In this document: in pieces, positions 36,431 through 50,721 of the stretch | Layout of the letters: each line of letters opens with the position of its first letter | Position numbering within the stretch: the stretch's first letter is position 1 | From: Anthoceros angustus | Taxonomy: Eukaryota > Plantae > Anthocerotophyta | Direction: 5' to 3' | Length of the DNA stretch: 64,000 bases | Assembly (NCBI GenBank): GCA_010909165.1 | Contig: MU008230.1 | Coordinates: forward strand, 42,849-106,848 | Translations under genes and position numbers: made by a program | Notes under the pieces: generated by a model | Seen by the model: the letters and a program-made list of their open reading frames with translations, nothing else | What the model was told of the DNA's origin: nothing | The model's database searches: none

Positions 36431-37297
36431 ACACAAAAGCTAGGGCAGAACCGATCTGGGGGGCCAAGTGGAACACATGCTCGCGATACGGGCATGAAAT
36501 CCGAATTTTCCTAGGGCTGCTGGTTTCATAAAGCCCGTTCTTAGTTCACACAGGCAGTGTGGGGGGAACACAGTGTAGCAAGTGAAGAGGAAGGAGGTGC
36601 CAGCAAAAAGGTGAAAAGTGATTTGTTGATGCATGCTGGAGATTTCAAAGGAAACTAGGTACTTTGTGTTGTTGATTGCACCGCTAGCCGCATGGTGGTG
36701 CATAGGTGTAGACAAATGATCAATAGTGAGTGTGGACCGCGGACTCTCCCCTGGGGTAGGAAATGAGTTAGGTTTTGTTTTTTTCGTAGGCGTGGAGCAG
36801 GAAATAAGGCGGAAAGGAAGAAATAAGTCCGGGGTACTCCGGACTGCACTACGGAGTAGGCAGAAGGACTCCGGAGTAGGCCGAGGGACTCCGGAGCACA
36901 CTCCGGAGGAGCTACGGACTACACTCTGAAGGGGGGAAAGTTCGGACCACACTCTGGAGTACCGGGGTAAGTCCGGACCCCACTCCGGAGCAGGACGGGA
37001 TAAGTACGCCAAGTAAAGTAACTTAGGAGTCGGAGCGTGTTTTAGACAGACGGGGCCACGTGGACGGCACTAAGAGGTGAACGGGCATGTAGCAGACTAG
37101 GACCGTGGGGTTAGCCGTATGGCGGTATTCACCTTCCCGGTACAATGCGGGCCCGTAAAGGCTAAATGTGGCGTAAAGGCGAGTAAGCGGAAGCGTAAGG
37201 CGAGAGTACGCCATGCAGACCTCATGATTAAGGGCAGCGAAGACACCCCGCCCGTGACTACTCGGCGTCAGCGAGTGGAGGGAAGAGCCATTTCTTC

Positions 37298-38275
37298 GTG
37301 ACCTCGCGACGATTTTCGCAGTCTCTCACGCTCTGTCACCCAGCTCTTTGGCGCTATCTTCGGCGCTTCGAGCACTCGCTGGCTCTGCTTCGTGGGCTGG
37401 GCCTTAAGCAGCGAAGGGGAGGCAGTTATTCACACTGTCATAGCGGTAGACAAGAAGAGCAGCGATGGGACCCAAGAAGGCGGAGGTATGGGAGCCTGCG
37501 CTTGGTGGAGTGCAACATTGTCACTGAGAGATACCAGACTTGGACCGGCTGGAGGCGAAGAAGCTGGTGGAAAAATGGCATGGACATCTTGGCAGCCTTG
37601 ACGTTCGGCGGCATCACGCTCGTCAAGAATACGCCAGGAAGATGCTGGCCGTCGCCAACAAGGAGGTCCGCTCTAAAAGCTTGAGGGAGGACCCTAGGAG
37701 GAGGACCGTGGAGGTCGAGGCGTTTACAACCGGTGGAAAATTGGGGCATAGTCCGGGCCCCTCAGGTAAGGGGAAGGTGGAGGCAGGGAAGCGGCCATGC
37801 TAAGGCCGGGGCATAGCAGTGCATCAATGGGTAGTTGATGTCGGACTGCTTTGGATAGGCAGGTGAGGCGTTGGCTAAGGTCATTGTCCATTGGAACATG
37901 CTCACCAAGGTGGATCACCTTGGTGACAATCTTCTGGTGTTTCTGCACGCCCTGAAGCGAGGAAAAAGGGCCGACTGGGGGCGTAACATCTTCGCCCAGA
38001 TCAGCCAGGAGGCCAGGTTGCTACGGAGTGAGAAGCCGCCTCCGTCAGCGCTGTCACCCTTCCTCATCCATGTATCAAGGCTTTGGAAGCTTCTCGGCAC
38101 CTGCATAACTGACCTGGACCTCCGGAAGGGTCAAGGAGGAAGGAGAAGAAGGGCACGGATGCCTTGGGGCCTTGGTGGCCTGTTTGGCGGGGCCGGTGAA
38201 GAGGAGCCTGTGAGGAGGCGAACGCGCCAGCGTAGGGCCTTGAGGGTAAGTCACCGCAAGCCAAGGAGAGGATAG
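37298..38275 (+). pseudogene. Decayed retroelement accessory ORF
   Basis: ADWGRNIF...LSPFLIHV resembles extra ORFs of non-chromoviral Gypsy elements; frameshifted. Confidence 0.35.
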
Positions 38276-38740
38276 GAGCGAGGGGCCCCGGAAGGTGGGG
38301 AGGAGGAAATCAACCGGACCCAAGCCGGAAAGGCGGTGGAGGCGAGGATGGGCCCCAGCAGTTTGAGGGGTCAGAGTGATCGAGGGGTCCGAGACTTGAG
38401 AGTCCGGACTGTAGGTCGAACCACGAGGTCCGAACTCAGAGACGAGGCCGGACCCGAGGTCCAGGACTACGAGAATAAGCCCACTTCTCGAGGATCGGAC
38501 CCTCGGGTCGAGAGACCCCGGTCAGGTCCGGACTTAGAGGAAGGAGAGGACACCCCAACTTGCTTAGGGAGGTCCCCAAGCGGTGGCCCTATAGGGAGGG
38601 GACCCACCTCGGGCCGGGAGGAGGATGTGGTGGTTACCGCATTGTCGGACCGCCCGCCGTAGCCCAACTCGGCTGTGGTCTCGAAGGAGGGTCACCTACC
38701 GCTGGATCATCCGATTGCGCCCGTAACTATCGTAAGGCGG

Positions 38741-41700
38741 TGTTGTATAAATACGTTTAATTATGCACCGCCGGACTAGAACGGAGATTAGGCACGCTTT
38801 CACTTAGGGTTCTACGAGTAGTTAAGTAGTTACCAATAGCAGTAAGTAGCTTGAGGCTTCAACTTAACTCAAACAGATTTAGAGTTCAGATTATGAATAA
38901 AAAATGCTTTTTCATTCACGCTGCCGATCGCTTTATGGTATCGATGAAGAGCTCCTTGTCAGATGGTAGCCTTAGCCTCTCGCGCCTCGAGCTATCAAGA
39001 ATCACCAAGCATCATGGCGCCAAGGCCACCATCAGAACCTCGACATCGAATCGAGTCCCCAACATGCCTCGCAGACGCACACCGGCATTGTATGCGCCAC
39101 AATGCCTACCGCCGCGAGCGGCGAGCCGACCCTGTGAAGATTGCGTAGAGAAATTCAGATCCGGAGGGTTTGCTGCTTCACACGGACCCAGCGCGCCTCT
39201 CCGGCGGATCTCCTTACCTGCACGCCACTGCACATCCGAGGTCATACCACTCGCATAAATTACTACTACCAAAGACAAACTCACACAGATCTGGAGCACC
39301 TGCGCGTTCAAATCATCAGGCTGGAATCACAGTTGGAATTTCTCTCAGCAATGGTGCGAGACATGGCCATTGTCGCCAATAGGTAGAACACCGAATCATG
39401 CATGCTCGATCCTCTTAGGGACCACCGCACCAAGAGACGAAGGGCAAGAAACATGGCCACCAATGTACCCATCCGTTGTAAATACACGATTATAAGTACA
39501 ACGAAGTTGAATTCCGCGATCACATCGCCTTCACGCAACGACTACGATACCTGGCAAATGCGCATTACGGCACTGCTAGAAGAACATGACCTCATGGGAA
39601 TCATGGAAGGCACCGTCACAAAACCCATCATCGAGATCAAAGAATCACGATCAAATCGCAGCCTGGAGAAAAGGCGACAAGAGAGCCATCAGTATCCTTT
39701 TCTCAGCACTAGACAAGAACATGCTCCAGCATACGCAAGGCCAAAAGACAGCCTACGATATATGGAAGGTGTTCAAGGACATGTTTCAAGCTCAGAGCTC
39801 CATGTCCACAGTAAACGCCACACGGCGCTTTACTTGCCGAGAATGAAGGAGCGATGCTTGAGCAACATGTGCACAACTTTCGAGTCGATGAGCCAAACTC
39901 ACGTCAAGCGGCACCACTCTAAATGAATATCATGTTAACTAGCATTACTAACATCTCTTATGTAATCCTGAAGTATCCCTTGACAGCACAAGATATACCT
40001 TGTCAAGTCTTAGCGCATTGCTCAAGAAGAAGCTACCGATCACAACACATTAGGCTACGACAGGGCCAAACCACGCCCTCTTCGCATCAAGGGGCCGTGG
40101 TTCAAGAAGAGGCGGCTTCAGAAACAACTTCTCACGAAGACCACCTGGACAAGCCCCACACAACAGTTTCGGTCAAGGAAACCGATTCACACCACAGAAA
40201 TCACAAAAGGGAGCCTGCAATTGGTGTAAGATACCCGGCCATTTTGAGCATGAATGCAGGAAGAAGCAGAACGGAGAGCCTAGGCGAGAGACTCCCAGAA
40301 ATAAGTCTCACATGACTACCTCAAGAGCTACACCATCAAACTCTATTCTCGCCATCTGTCTTACCTTGACGGCCGGGGCGGATAAAACACGATGGTTCCT
40401 CGACTCAAGCAACACGCATATTTGCAGTGCAAGGACATATTGCACATACCACGATCCTCAGCGGCCAGCGTATTATTAGGGGCAACACTTCTGAGTGAGG
40501 CACGGAGAAGTACTACTCTGACTATCAAATGGAGAGACCCTCACCATCAACGGAGTACTCCACGTTCCCACCATGACTAAAAACCTCCTTTCTGTCAGGA
40601 AACTCGCCACTGAACATGATCTGGTCATCACTTTTCAAGGTAACCACTGCACTATACACCATTCCAAAGACCCAGGTAATGCTGCCTTGGCTCATGGACT
40701 CCCTTACAATGACTTGTATCTCCTAAACATCCAGTCTTCATCATCCCTCCTTGTGGAAGGCACCCCTCATAGCTCCCACAAAGAGTCTCTCTTATGGCAC
40801 TGTAGGGCAGGTCACATGAACCCCCGCTATTTAAACCAGTTTGCCAACCCAGAAATGTACCGAGATCCCATCAAACTTGAGTCAGCCCGGACTTTTGCGA
40901 AATATGCGATTACACAAAACTCAATCAATCTCCATTTCCCCACCGTTCTCCCACCAGAGCCCGTCGCCTTCTTGAGCCCACTCGGATATCTCTGCCCCAT
41001 AGTACCACATCCTTTGGCGGCCGTTCATGCTTCATCACCTTTTAGGCAGATGGGCGGTACTTTCACATTTCATTTCTTCAAACACAAGTTAGAAGCCTTC
41101 TTTGTTTCCGAGTTTTGCTACTGGTGCGAGCATGGCGGCTTCGGTCACCACCACGCATACAGACAGCGGAGAATATGTCGACCATCCTTTTCAAGCTACG
41201 CCAATCCCACGGCATCCAGCGCGAATTCATTCCCTACACCTTCACGGAACCCTTGGCGGAGCGTCTCAACCGATCCATCCTTGAGATCTCCCGCTCCCTT
41301 CTCAAATTGTCAGGCCTCTCTCGAGGCTACTGGGCAGAAGCTGTGTCCACCGCCATTTACCTCCGAAATCGCCTTCCCACTAAGGAGCTCCCCAATACCA
41401 CTCCTTTTGAACGCTGGACGGGCCATAACCCCGCATTTCCCACCTGCAGAAAGATGTGTTTTATTATTGTTTTGAATAATAACATGTTCTTGAAAAGGAA
41501 CTTTTAAAGAAACATCAAGAAATGAATTTTGTGTTGTTTTTCTTTAAAAATCTATACAAATTCTTGCTGCATTAGGTAGCCATTCTAGCGTGCATTCATT
41601 GAATTGCTCCCTTGAGCAATTGCAATGAACATACACTAAACAATGCCCAATGGGCAAAATTATATATAGAAAAATACAAAAGAAATATAAGATGCACATT

Positions 41701-44700
41701 TCGCACTTATAAAACACAAATCCTTGTTGCACATGGCCTTTAGATTTACCAGCGGTCGCAACACCACGCTACTCGAATCATCCTAGGCAAAATAGGTCAA
41801 GAATTGATGGGCACACAATTGCTTCTCGATTACATTCGGCATCCTACAATGGAGCCAACAAAACCAAAATAGACCTATGCAAATTGCTGATCCGAGAGGC
41901 GCATTTAATACTATTGTGGAATTTCTCTATCCTCAAGAGCGAGAATCGTGTTTACTCTTCCTCCAAGAAATCCACTAAATTTGCGGCGTGTACAAAGAGC
42001 TTTTGATGGAAGCAGGCAGCCCGTGGTTTCATCACAACTCAAGGCCACAAACACAGTGTCGGCAATAATTAATCATCGAAGCAAATAAGGATAGTGGACC
42101 GCACACAAATTAATGGACACTTGTCTCTGACAAGCGTTGACTTACAGGATCTGAAGGAGCAAGTTGCACACTTGGACTACAAGTGGTTATCTTGTTGGGC
42201 AGATGCTCAAAAATCCAGTGTTGAAACACCACGCCGTAAATAAGACAAATCGTGAAGCTTTAGCTCACTTAACTCGTGTCCATCTTGCTCCACGTATGCC
42301 TACAATAGGTTCGAGATGAGGAGCTCCAAAATTGCGCTACGAGGAGGATCAGGATCAAAACACCGCGCGAGAATCAACAAGCGTTATGATCGGGGCGGTT
42401 TTGGGGATATATTCAATACGGTGAATTTGAACGAGGTCGAACAACAAGCCATAAATATGGCAAAGCACCTCAACTCCAAACTATGGAGGTAATGAATCCT
42501 TCAAGGAGAAGGATCGGTTCAATGGCAATGACTTTGACATATGGCGGTCCGGATGGAGGGCGTCCTCGAAATGAGGGCCTGAAACATGCAACCGGAAAGG
42601 TAGTGAAACCGGCGAGGATCTTGAGAAGAAGAATGGTTAGCTAAGGATAAGCGGAGCCAAGTACCTCATTCGTGGCTCGAAATGTTGAGGCAATGGGTGG
42701 AAACTTCAGCCGAAATCATGAATCTAAAGGAACTCTCGCAGCGAACATGGTCGGTGCAATCACTTTAAGAAATTTCCGAACTTGAGAATGAAGGATGGGG
42801 ACTCGGTGGAGAAGCACGTGAGTACCTTTAGGACCCTAGCCTCCCGGCTTCAAGGTGCCTCTAAAGTTGCCATCAAGGATGATGAGATGGTGATGAGGCT
42901 CCTTCTTCGCTTCGAGTCTTGGTCACACTGTGACCTCCCACTGTGCTCGAGACACAAGCTACATTAGCTAAGAAGCAAGGCATAGAGATGCAGATGTCAT
43001 TCTCACAACTTGTGAGTTCCATCGCAAGAAGAGGCAAGCGGAACTAATCACAAGAAAGCGAGGAAACAACAGCCTGTACACCTCAAATCAAGGGCGAGGC
43101 AAGAAATCCTTCTCCAAAGGAGGTGGTGGAAATCCTTCCAAGGGAGGTAGCTCAGCGGATCCTCATGGGAAGAAGACTAAAAAGCAGCACCTGGCGGTGC
43201 AAGGCACTGGACATTGGGAAAAGAGTGTCGCAAAAGCAAGCTGGAATTCCTAGGAGGGCACCAGTGACGCCAATGTTGTGGTAAAGAAGGCTAAATCAGC
43301 TCTTACGGTTGGGACTAGGGAGTTTGCTAGTCCATTCGCTTCCACTTGCCTTTACAAGCTAATGAAACCAATAGATGAATGGTATTTAGATACGGTGCTC
43401 GCACATACGCTTTGATAGAAATGCTTTCAAAACATATAGGTCTTTTCGGATCGATGTTTACCTTGGGGGACAGTCTCTAGTCTCACACAGTGGTACGCAG
43501 TTGAGTTGCTAGTTCCTCTGAGGATCACACTCATGTTGTTAGAAGTCTACTATGTGCGAAATGACTAGAAACCTTATTTGATCGAGATTGAATGCGATAA
43601 CAACGATCACGTTGTTTTCACTAGGACAGTAGAATCATAGATGCTATTGACCCTAGAAAGGTCCTTGCACATGGGTCTTGGACCACGATCTGTTAGTCTC
43701 CATTTGCACTGGAGTAGTCCCACGACACAAGACGTCTCCTTGCATCGCACAACAAGACAAAGTCTAAGTTGTGGCATGCGCTTGGGTCACCCTCACATGG
43801 CAAAGCTGCAAAAATTGGTGTGGTGACACTGTCAAGATGGACCTATTGGCCCTTTGAGCCATACCTTTATGTGAGGCTTGTGTGTTGTCGAAGAAACACC
43901 AAGTGCCTTCAAGAACAAAGCACCTCATCGTCTTGATGATCTCCTTGAGCTTGTACATCGACCTATGTGGACCCTTATCTCAAGCGTCCATAGGAGGTGG
44001 GCGTTATTTTCTAACGTTCTGAGATGACAAAGCGGTTGTCACCACCTATATCCTGAAGAACAAAAGCGAATGTTTCTCCTACTTCAAGGAATACATCAAA
44101 TTGAGCGTTGGACGAAAAGCTCAATCAAGACCGAGATCGATAATGGGGAATTTACATCTAATGAATTCCAGCGATTACGAAAGATGAAGGCATTGGGCGC
44201 CAACTCACGTCAGTATACACTCCACAGCGAATGGAGTGGCGGGCGCTTGAACCTCACATTGCGGAGATGGTCTCCTCATTGTTACATGATGCTCATTTGC
44301 CACTACCCTCTTGTGAGGCTTTGATGACTTCAACTTTTCTCGAGCAGTTACCCACCACTGCTGAAGGCAAAACTCCTTATGAGGTTTTGAGGAAGCCCTC
44401 TATTCAACACTTGAGGACCTTGGTGTCTCGCATATGCCTTCATCCCTAAGCGAAGCGATAAGGTATCGGATAAGTCACAAGCTGCTTATCTTTGGGGTAT
44501 CTGAGAGGGATTAAAGCTTACAAGCTATATGATGTCCCAATAGAGTCATCTATGCTCGGTGTTACATTTGATGAAACTTGGGCGTCGGTGGGAGCACTCA
44601 TGTTCCCACACGAGATAGTGAGGAAACCTTTGAACTCTCTCACTATGACGGATCATGGCACTCATGCTCATACTCCACTGAGGAACATGCTCCTGCAGGA

Positions 44701-47700
44701 GGGGCAATCAGGCGATGTTAGGGAAGAACAACGAACTTGACATTCAACTGCAATGCCCGATCTGGATCACATTCCTCAACCGGTATAGCGATCGATGATG
44801 CAACGGTGATCGATCGGGATGCTCGGAGGAATTAGAGGAAGTTGATGATGTACTTCTGTGAGCGAGCCTACTCGGCGTTACCTACGTGAGCGTCGACCTC
44901 CGACTACTATCATGCACGGACTTGATTACCTCTTCTCATGTGAAGGCTTATGCGCCCGACATTAGATCCCATAGAGCCACGGTCTTATGAGGAAGCTCTC
45001 GGAGCACGATCACAAGGAATGGAGAAAGGCAATCCGATTGAATATGATTCTCTTATCGAGAATGGAACTTGGGAACTAGCAAAGTTGCCCAAGGCGGAAA
45101 GCTGTGTCATGTAAATGGGTCTTTAAATTGAAGGTCAAAGGCGGATGGATCGTTTGATAGATACAAGGCAGATTGGTTGCTAGAGGTTTCACACAAATTC
45201 CGAGGTTTAGATTACCTCGAAACCTTTGCTCCCGTCAAGCTTGCTACTTTTGACCATGTGTGCGATTGCTGTGACAAGGACTACGAGCTGAGGATGTTTG
45301 ATGTGAAGCGGCTTTCTTGCATGGAATCCTTGATACGAGATCTACATGCGACCACAGTTATGAGGTTAACGGCAAGGAGGATTATGCTTGCAAACTAATT
45401 AAGTGCCTCTATGGACTTAAGCGATCCAATGAAATGGAATCTTGCCTTTGGACAAGGAGTTGCGAGCTCTAGGTTTTACAAAAGTAAGGTGACTTATACG
45501 TATACATCAAGAATGATGTAATCTGTTACTTAGTATGTCGATGACCTCATCCTTGCAAGCAACTGGACTTTATCTCTTGATCACGAATCTGGCACAAAAA
45601 TTCAAGATGTCGGACCTTGGACCTTTGCAAAGTTGCTTAGGAATACACATTGGAGAAAAAGGATCCTTACCATGACTCGCAAATGTCTTGGAAAGTGCAG
45701 GCTTAGGACTCAAAGATGCCAAACTGCTGCAACACCTCTTCCAAGTGGTCTCAAGTTGAGCAAAGATATGTCGGTTACACGGTCAGGAAGGACGATATGA
45801 GAAATGTGCTGGCAAGGTGTGGGCAAACTCATATATGCTGCCAATACAACACGACCCGGAGGTAGCGTGCTACAAGTGCTCATCCCGGATCTCGAAAACC
45901 ACAGGCGGACACATTGGACTTGTGTTAAGAGGTTTTCCGGTATGAAAGGCACACCAAACAGGTGTGTATACTCACAAAGATGGTGTGGCGGACCTCGGCG
46001 TGTACACCGATTCGATTATGCACGGTGACATAGATACGAGGTCGGTTTGAGTTATGTGGTGAGCTATCTTTGGAGGACCTATTGTTGGTCAAGCAAAAAG
46101 CAACCAGATTGCACTCTCAAGCACTGAGGCGGAATACAGTACTGCATGCGGTGAGGAGGTTATTTGGCTAAAGCTACATTTTGAGCTTGGCATTGAGTTG
46201 CTTGCTTGCACAAAATCGGAACCGACCAAGGGTCAATTTATAGCTGAAAATCCGTCTTCCACTCCGGGACAAAGCATGTGGCGTTGGAATACCACCGGAT
46301 TAGAGAGCTACTAGCTGCAAGCACAATATCTCGGAATACATAGCAACACAAGAAAACCCGGTGACATTTTCACAAAGGCTTTGGCGGGGATCTACATGAG
46401 AAGCATGTAAAGTTTTTAGGCCTAGGTGACTCCTCGGAGTCCCTAGGTAGTAGTGCATAAAGTCAAGTCATTACGGCAGCATTCTAGCTACGCCGAAAGA
46501 AGAACATTCATTCGGTGTAGTCGTTGAAGTTTGTCTCATCACGAGACTTCAAAGAATAGGAATCCCCATCGGATCCGATTCTCAGCGCTGACTCTCCTCC
46601 TCATCTTGAAGGATCGGGGCTGCTATAGGAGGCGGTGGTTTTCCTCCACTCCCTCCTTGCACGGCGAAATCCATCTTGATTGGAGGCTCGATTCTTCTTC
46701 CAGCGTATGTTGGATCCCGCCACCAGACGGTGGGAGCTTAGTGTAGCATCTCACATGCACAAGAAAAGATTGCAGCAGTATTGAAGCTGGGATCTTACTA
46801 TAAGTCGACCACATGAAATGGGTAAGCCCGGTTTTCGACCTTGACACGTCTCATCACGGCTTTGGCCCACATAAACCCCCACGGAGGGCTGCGGATGCTT
46901 GATGGAGCCATAAGAGGCGATCATGTCTCCTTGAATTCTGCGGGCTTAGGAAAGCTAGGCTCTTCACGGGGTTAGTCTCATTCTCGAGCCGAAATCGGGA
47001 TTAACATGGGCCTTTACTCTTGTCAGCTTTGGAGTGGATGAGGCGGCGCGTCTGTTGAGCCCGCCCATGGGCTCACTTGCTGGCGGCGTGGCTCGCCTTG
47101 CTAGGACCTCCTTGGTGCCTCGCCTTCCACGAGGCGATTACCTTGGTACCCACTGGAGTGCTCACATCGTGAGGAACTTGTTCTAGTGTGGTAAACACCG
47201 CATGCGGTCCCTAGGGTGATTTCGCTTGGCTGAGTCTCGGATCACGGGGAGAAGACATGATGCTCACGCCACTCCTTAGCCAGGACAATGAGAACTACAC
47301 TCAAGCACGGGCGTATGCTATTGTTGAGTAAGGCGCGCAGTGCGACCACTTCACATTGGGTGTCTCCATGCTTTTATTCGCCAAGGAGCGGGCGTAGCTC
47401 GTCTATGGTACTCGCGTCGCAACTAGGCGTAACAGTCGCCATGACAAGCAGGCCCGTCAAGGGGACACAAGGAACCCACGCGAAGAGAAGGCGTACAAGT
47501 CATGATCAACAAGTGGGAGTGAAGGAATAATTATTGTTTATGTGTGTTGACTCATGCTAGGGTTATGTTACCTTAGTTTAGTTAACCTATCGATGTGTAA
47601 ACTAGGTCTAGTCACCTAGTACCCTTTTAGGTTGTGACTCTTACAGTGGGCGTAACACTTGGTATCTTAATTAGGTTGTTTTAAGCATAAGCAAGTTACT

Positions 47701-50700
47701 CTTTTATTTGATCTTTCAATTCAATCAATAATGTAATTGTGTTTTATTAATTCAATTCACCAAAATCTTCAAAGAAATGGGATGACAAAGAGGTAAAGCT
47801 CCTCTTCATTTGGCTATTCCGACCGTCCAGGAAGCTTACAAAAGCTATTCGCCCTTGGATCAGAGGAGGTTATTCTTTCGCGGATGTCCGCCATGTGAAT
47901 CCCATCTTCTCAAACTTACTTTCCTGAGCTCCATCCATCAACCCCTTACCCGATTGCCACCGGGCATTTAGGGTGTCCCCTCCTTGACCTTGGGCGAGGC
48001 ATATGATGAATTACCATCCTCTTTACTTCAAGATCAAGGAGGTCCTTTCCCACAACACTTACAACTTGACCAGCCCGGCCCCACCCACCTACAGCTCACA
48101 TAGCTTAGCCGGGATCGGCTGCATCCTTCACCGTACAAATCCGGACCGAGAGGTAATCCCAATCCAGTCACAGCCCTCTTTGAAACTAAAACCCGCGTCT
48201 AGGTCCCAACCCGGTTGTATATTGCTACCCGATGGGAGTAGTCTTTCCTTACAAATGTTCAGGTTCCTGAAGGTCCACGAGAGAAATCGACCAACCCAGG
48301 AATGAGTGGAAAGAACCTCCCTACACACACAGGGAGACACACCTTGGTAGGCGGATCATTTACCAATCTGAGGGCGAGGTGCACCTTTACACACCACATC
48401 ACCTTGATCGATTCACGACTAGTCATGCACGAGGCGCTATCACTTGAATTTGAGAATGCGAGGGCGTACCTACTTCCATTGGACTCTCAGGCCACACAGA
48501 ATAGGCGGCGGTGCAATCGAGAATGCTGACTCCTGCCCATCACGAAAAAACTTTTGGACACTCACGGTTTGCCACAGCGAGCGGAAAAGCAATCTCCTGC
48601 AAGTGGACATTCAGAAGGAAGCTCAACCCGGATGGAAGGATCTCACGTTACAAAGCGAGATTGGTGGCCCGTGGCTTCACTCAAATCCCAAGTTTCGACT
48701 ATGAAGAAAATAGGCTTTTCAGCCTTGTAGTGAAGTCAACATCAATCAGGATACTCCTGGCCCTCGCTGCCCAGCACAAGATGGACATCCACCAAGTAGA
48801 CATTAAAACAGCCTTCTTGTACGGGACACTTCATGAAGAAATATACATGCTGCAGCCACCTGGCTTCGCAAAGGACCCGACCAAAGTATGTAAGCTGCTC
48901 AAATCTCTATACGGACTTAAGCAATTTGCACAAGTTTGGAATGAGACTGTGGATCTGTACCTTAAAGCATGTGGGTTCGTACCTCTTACCGCTGATTCAA
49001 GCGTATACATGCTAAGGACTTGCAAAGACAAGTTCGTCATAGTCACTCTCTACGTAGATGACAACTTCATCTTTGGAAGTGATCAGCAGCTCGTACAACC
49101 ACGTCAGGGCACACATTATCCAAGCGGTCTCACGAGATAGCCGACGGGCGGAAAAGCATCCTCAAGTACGCGCACTTGGAGTACGCGATTCGAAGGAGGA
49201 ACTCTGCGAGAACCATTCTTCTTCACCCAAAGAAACCTTTGCGTCGAATAGTTGCTCTCAAGATTCAACCTCAAAGATGCAAAGCCAATTCCAGCTCCCG
49301 CATGGCAGGCAGAAGGACACAGGTATCGACCATGTATTTGCCCCAACTCCTGAGCAGGCAATTAGGGAAATGGAACACATACCTTACAATGAGGCGATTG
49401 CTTTACTTGCTACTTATCCGATATGGACAAAATAGACCCGGATATTGCCCAGGCAGTCAATATAGCTTCGAGATACCTGTCCAACCCTGGCATGGCACAC
49501 TGGACAAGCGACAAGAGGATACTATGCTACCTCAAAGGCACCAAGTCCCTAGGCATATACTGAGGAGGTGACCATGTATAAAGCAGATACTACTCACGGC
49601 TTTTCATATCTTTGATTGGGCGGGTGACCCGTCTTGGAAAAATCGTATATTTGTCGGTACGTGCGCATGATGATAAACTCCATTGCGGTGTCACAGGCAT
49701 GTAAGAAGATGCAAACCGTGCATACATGTTCATCCACAGGCGGGTATCTTTCGCAACCTCGCCTTGGCGGCTAAAGAATACTATGGATCGGTAGGCGGTT
49801 CTGCCGCGACATCCGCGAAAGCAAAGATCATTACACGAGTTATTGTGCGACAACCAATCCGCTATCGCCATGACTCTGAACGGGCTTGCGATGTGCATTA
49901 CATGCGAGAGCAAGCCGTCAAGATCGGCACCACTTCATCGAGGCGGTGGTGGCGAACAAAACTGCTGTGAGACTTGATATATGTGAGCACAAACGAGAAC
50001 ATTGCAGATCTCCTTACGAAGGGATTGCCAAAGCAGCTACACGACAAGCATGTGGAAGGATAGTCTTCGGCCAAGAGAGACTTATCTGGAGGCGCACGGT
50101 CGGCCTACTAAAGGAGGCCGGCCAACAAGTGGCGGCCGGCGAGCGCTGACATCTCGGTCGTCCGGCGTGAGGAGGTTGAGCCGTTGCGACCCTGAACCTT
50201 TCCATGCTGACACTTTCTTTCATGTGCTGCTTGCGTTCAGGCACAGCGGCAACTCCATGATGTTTCTTTTTTGGTATCGTGCGCTTGGATCTTTCACCCG
50301 ATTCGCTCGAGACTCTCACGCATATGCGCGATTGCTTTGGATGATGCAACTCGTGGTATGCCGTAAAAGGTTCACTGAGATACTCGACAGAGGCGCAGGC
50401 ACCAATTGGAAGCGGGCGTGCAACATAGTTGCCATCTCGAGAGGGTGAGGGGCAGATGTTATGCTCTATCCGCCGGTTGAGAGTGTTGTAACAAATCGTT
50501 TAATTGTATGCTTGCGCCCGGACTAGGGGGAATAATGCTTGGAGATTAGGGCACACGTTCACTTAGGGTTCTCTGAGTGGAATTAAAGTAGTTACCAATA
50601 TGGCAAGTAAAAGTAGCTTGAGGCGAGTTCAATTTGCTGTAACTCAAACATGTATTTAAGAGTTCAACGGATTGCATGAATAAACAATGCTTTTCTTCTA

Positions 50701-50721
50701 CATTCTCGTCACATTGCTTTA
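38741..50721 (+). mobile_element. Ty1/Copia element B, full-length but decayed, interrupted by Copia C
   Basis: LTRs 38741-38935 and 50484-50721; degenerate tggtatc PBS at 38936; gag NDYDTW; zinc knuckle CNWCKIPGHFEHEC; protease WFLDS; LWHCRAGH; integrase breaks at ~41447 and resumes at ~47760; RT KARLVARGFTQ...LYVDD; RNase H to ~50050; gcgg flanks both ends. Confidence 0.9.
41448..47759 (+). mobile_element. Ty1/Copia element C nested in the integrase of B; 5' LTR and PBS not seen
   Basis: gag RMKDGDSVEKHV, protease WYLDT, integrase, RT DYLETFAPV, RNase H to ~46430, PPT aagtgggag at 47511, 3' LTR 47520 to ~47759. Confidence 0.88.
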
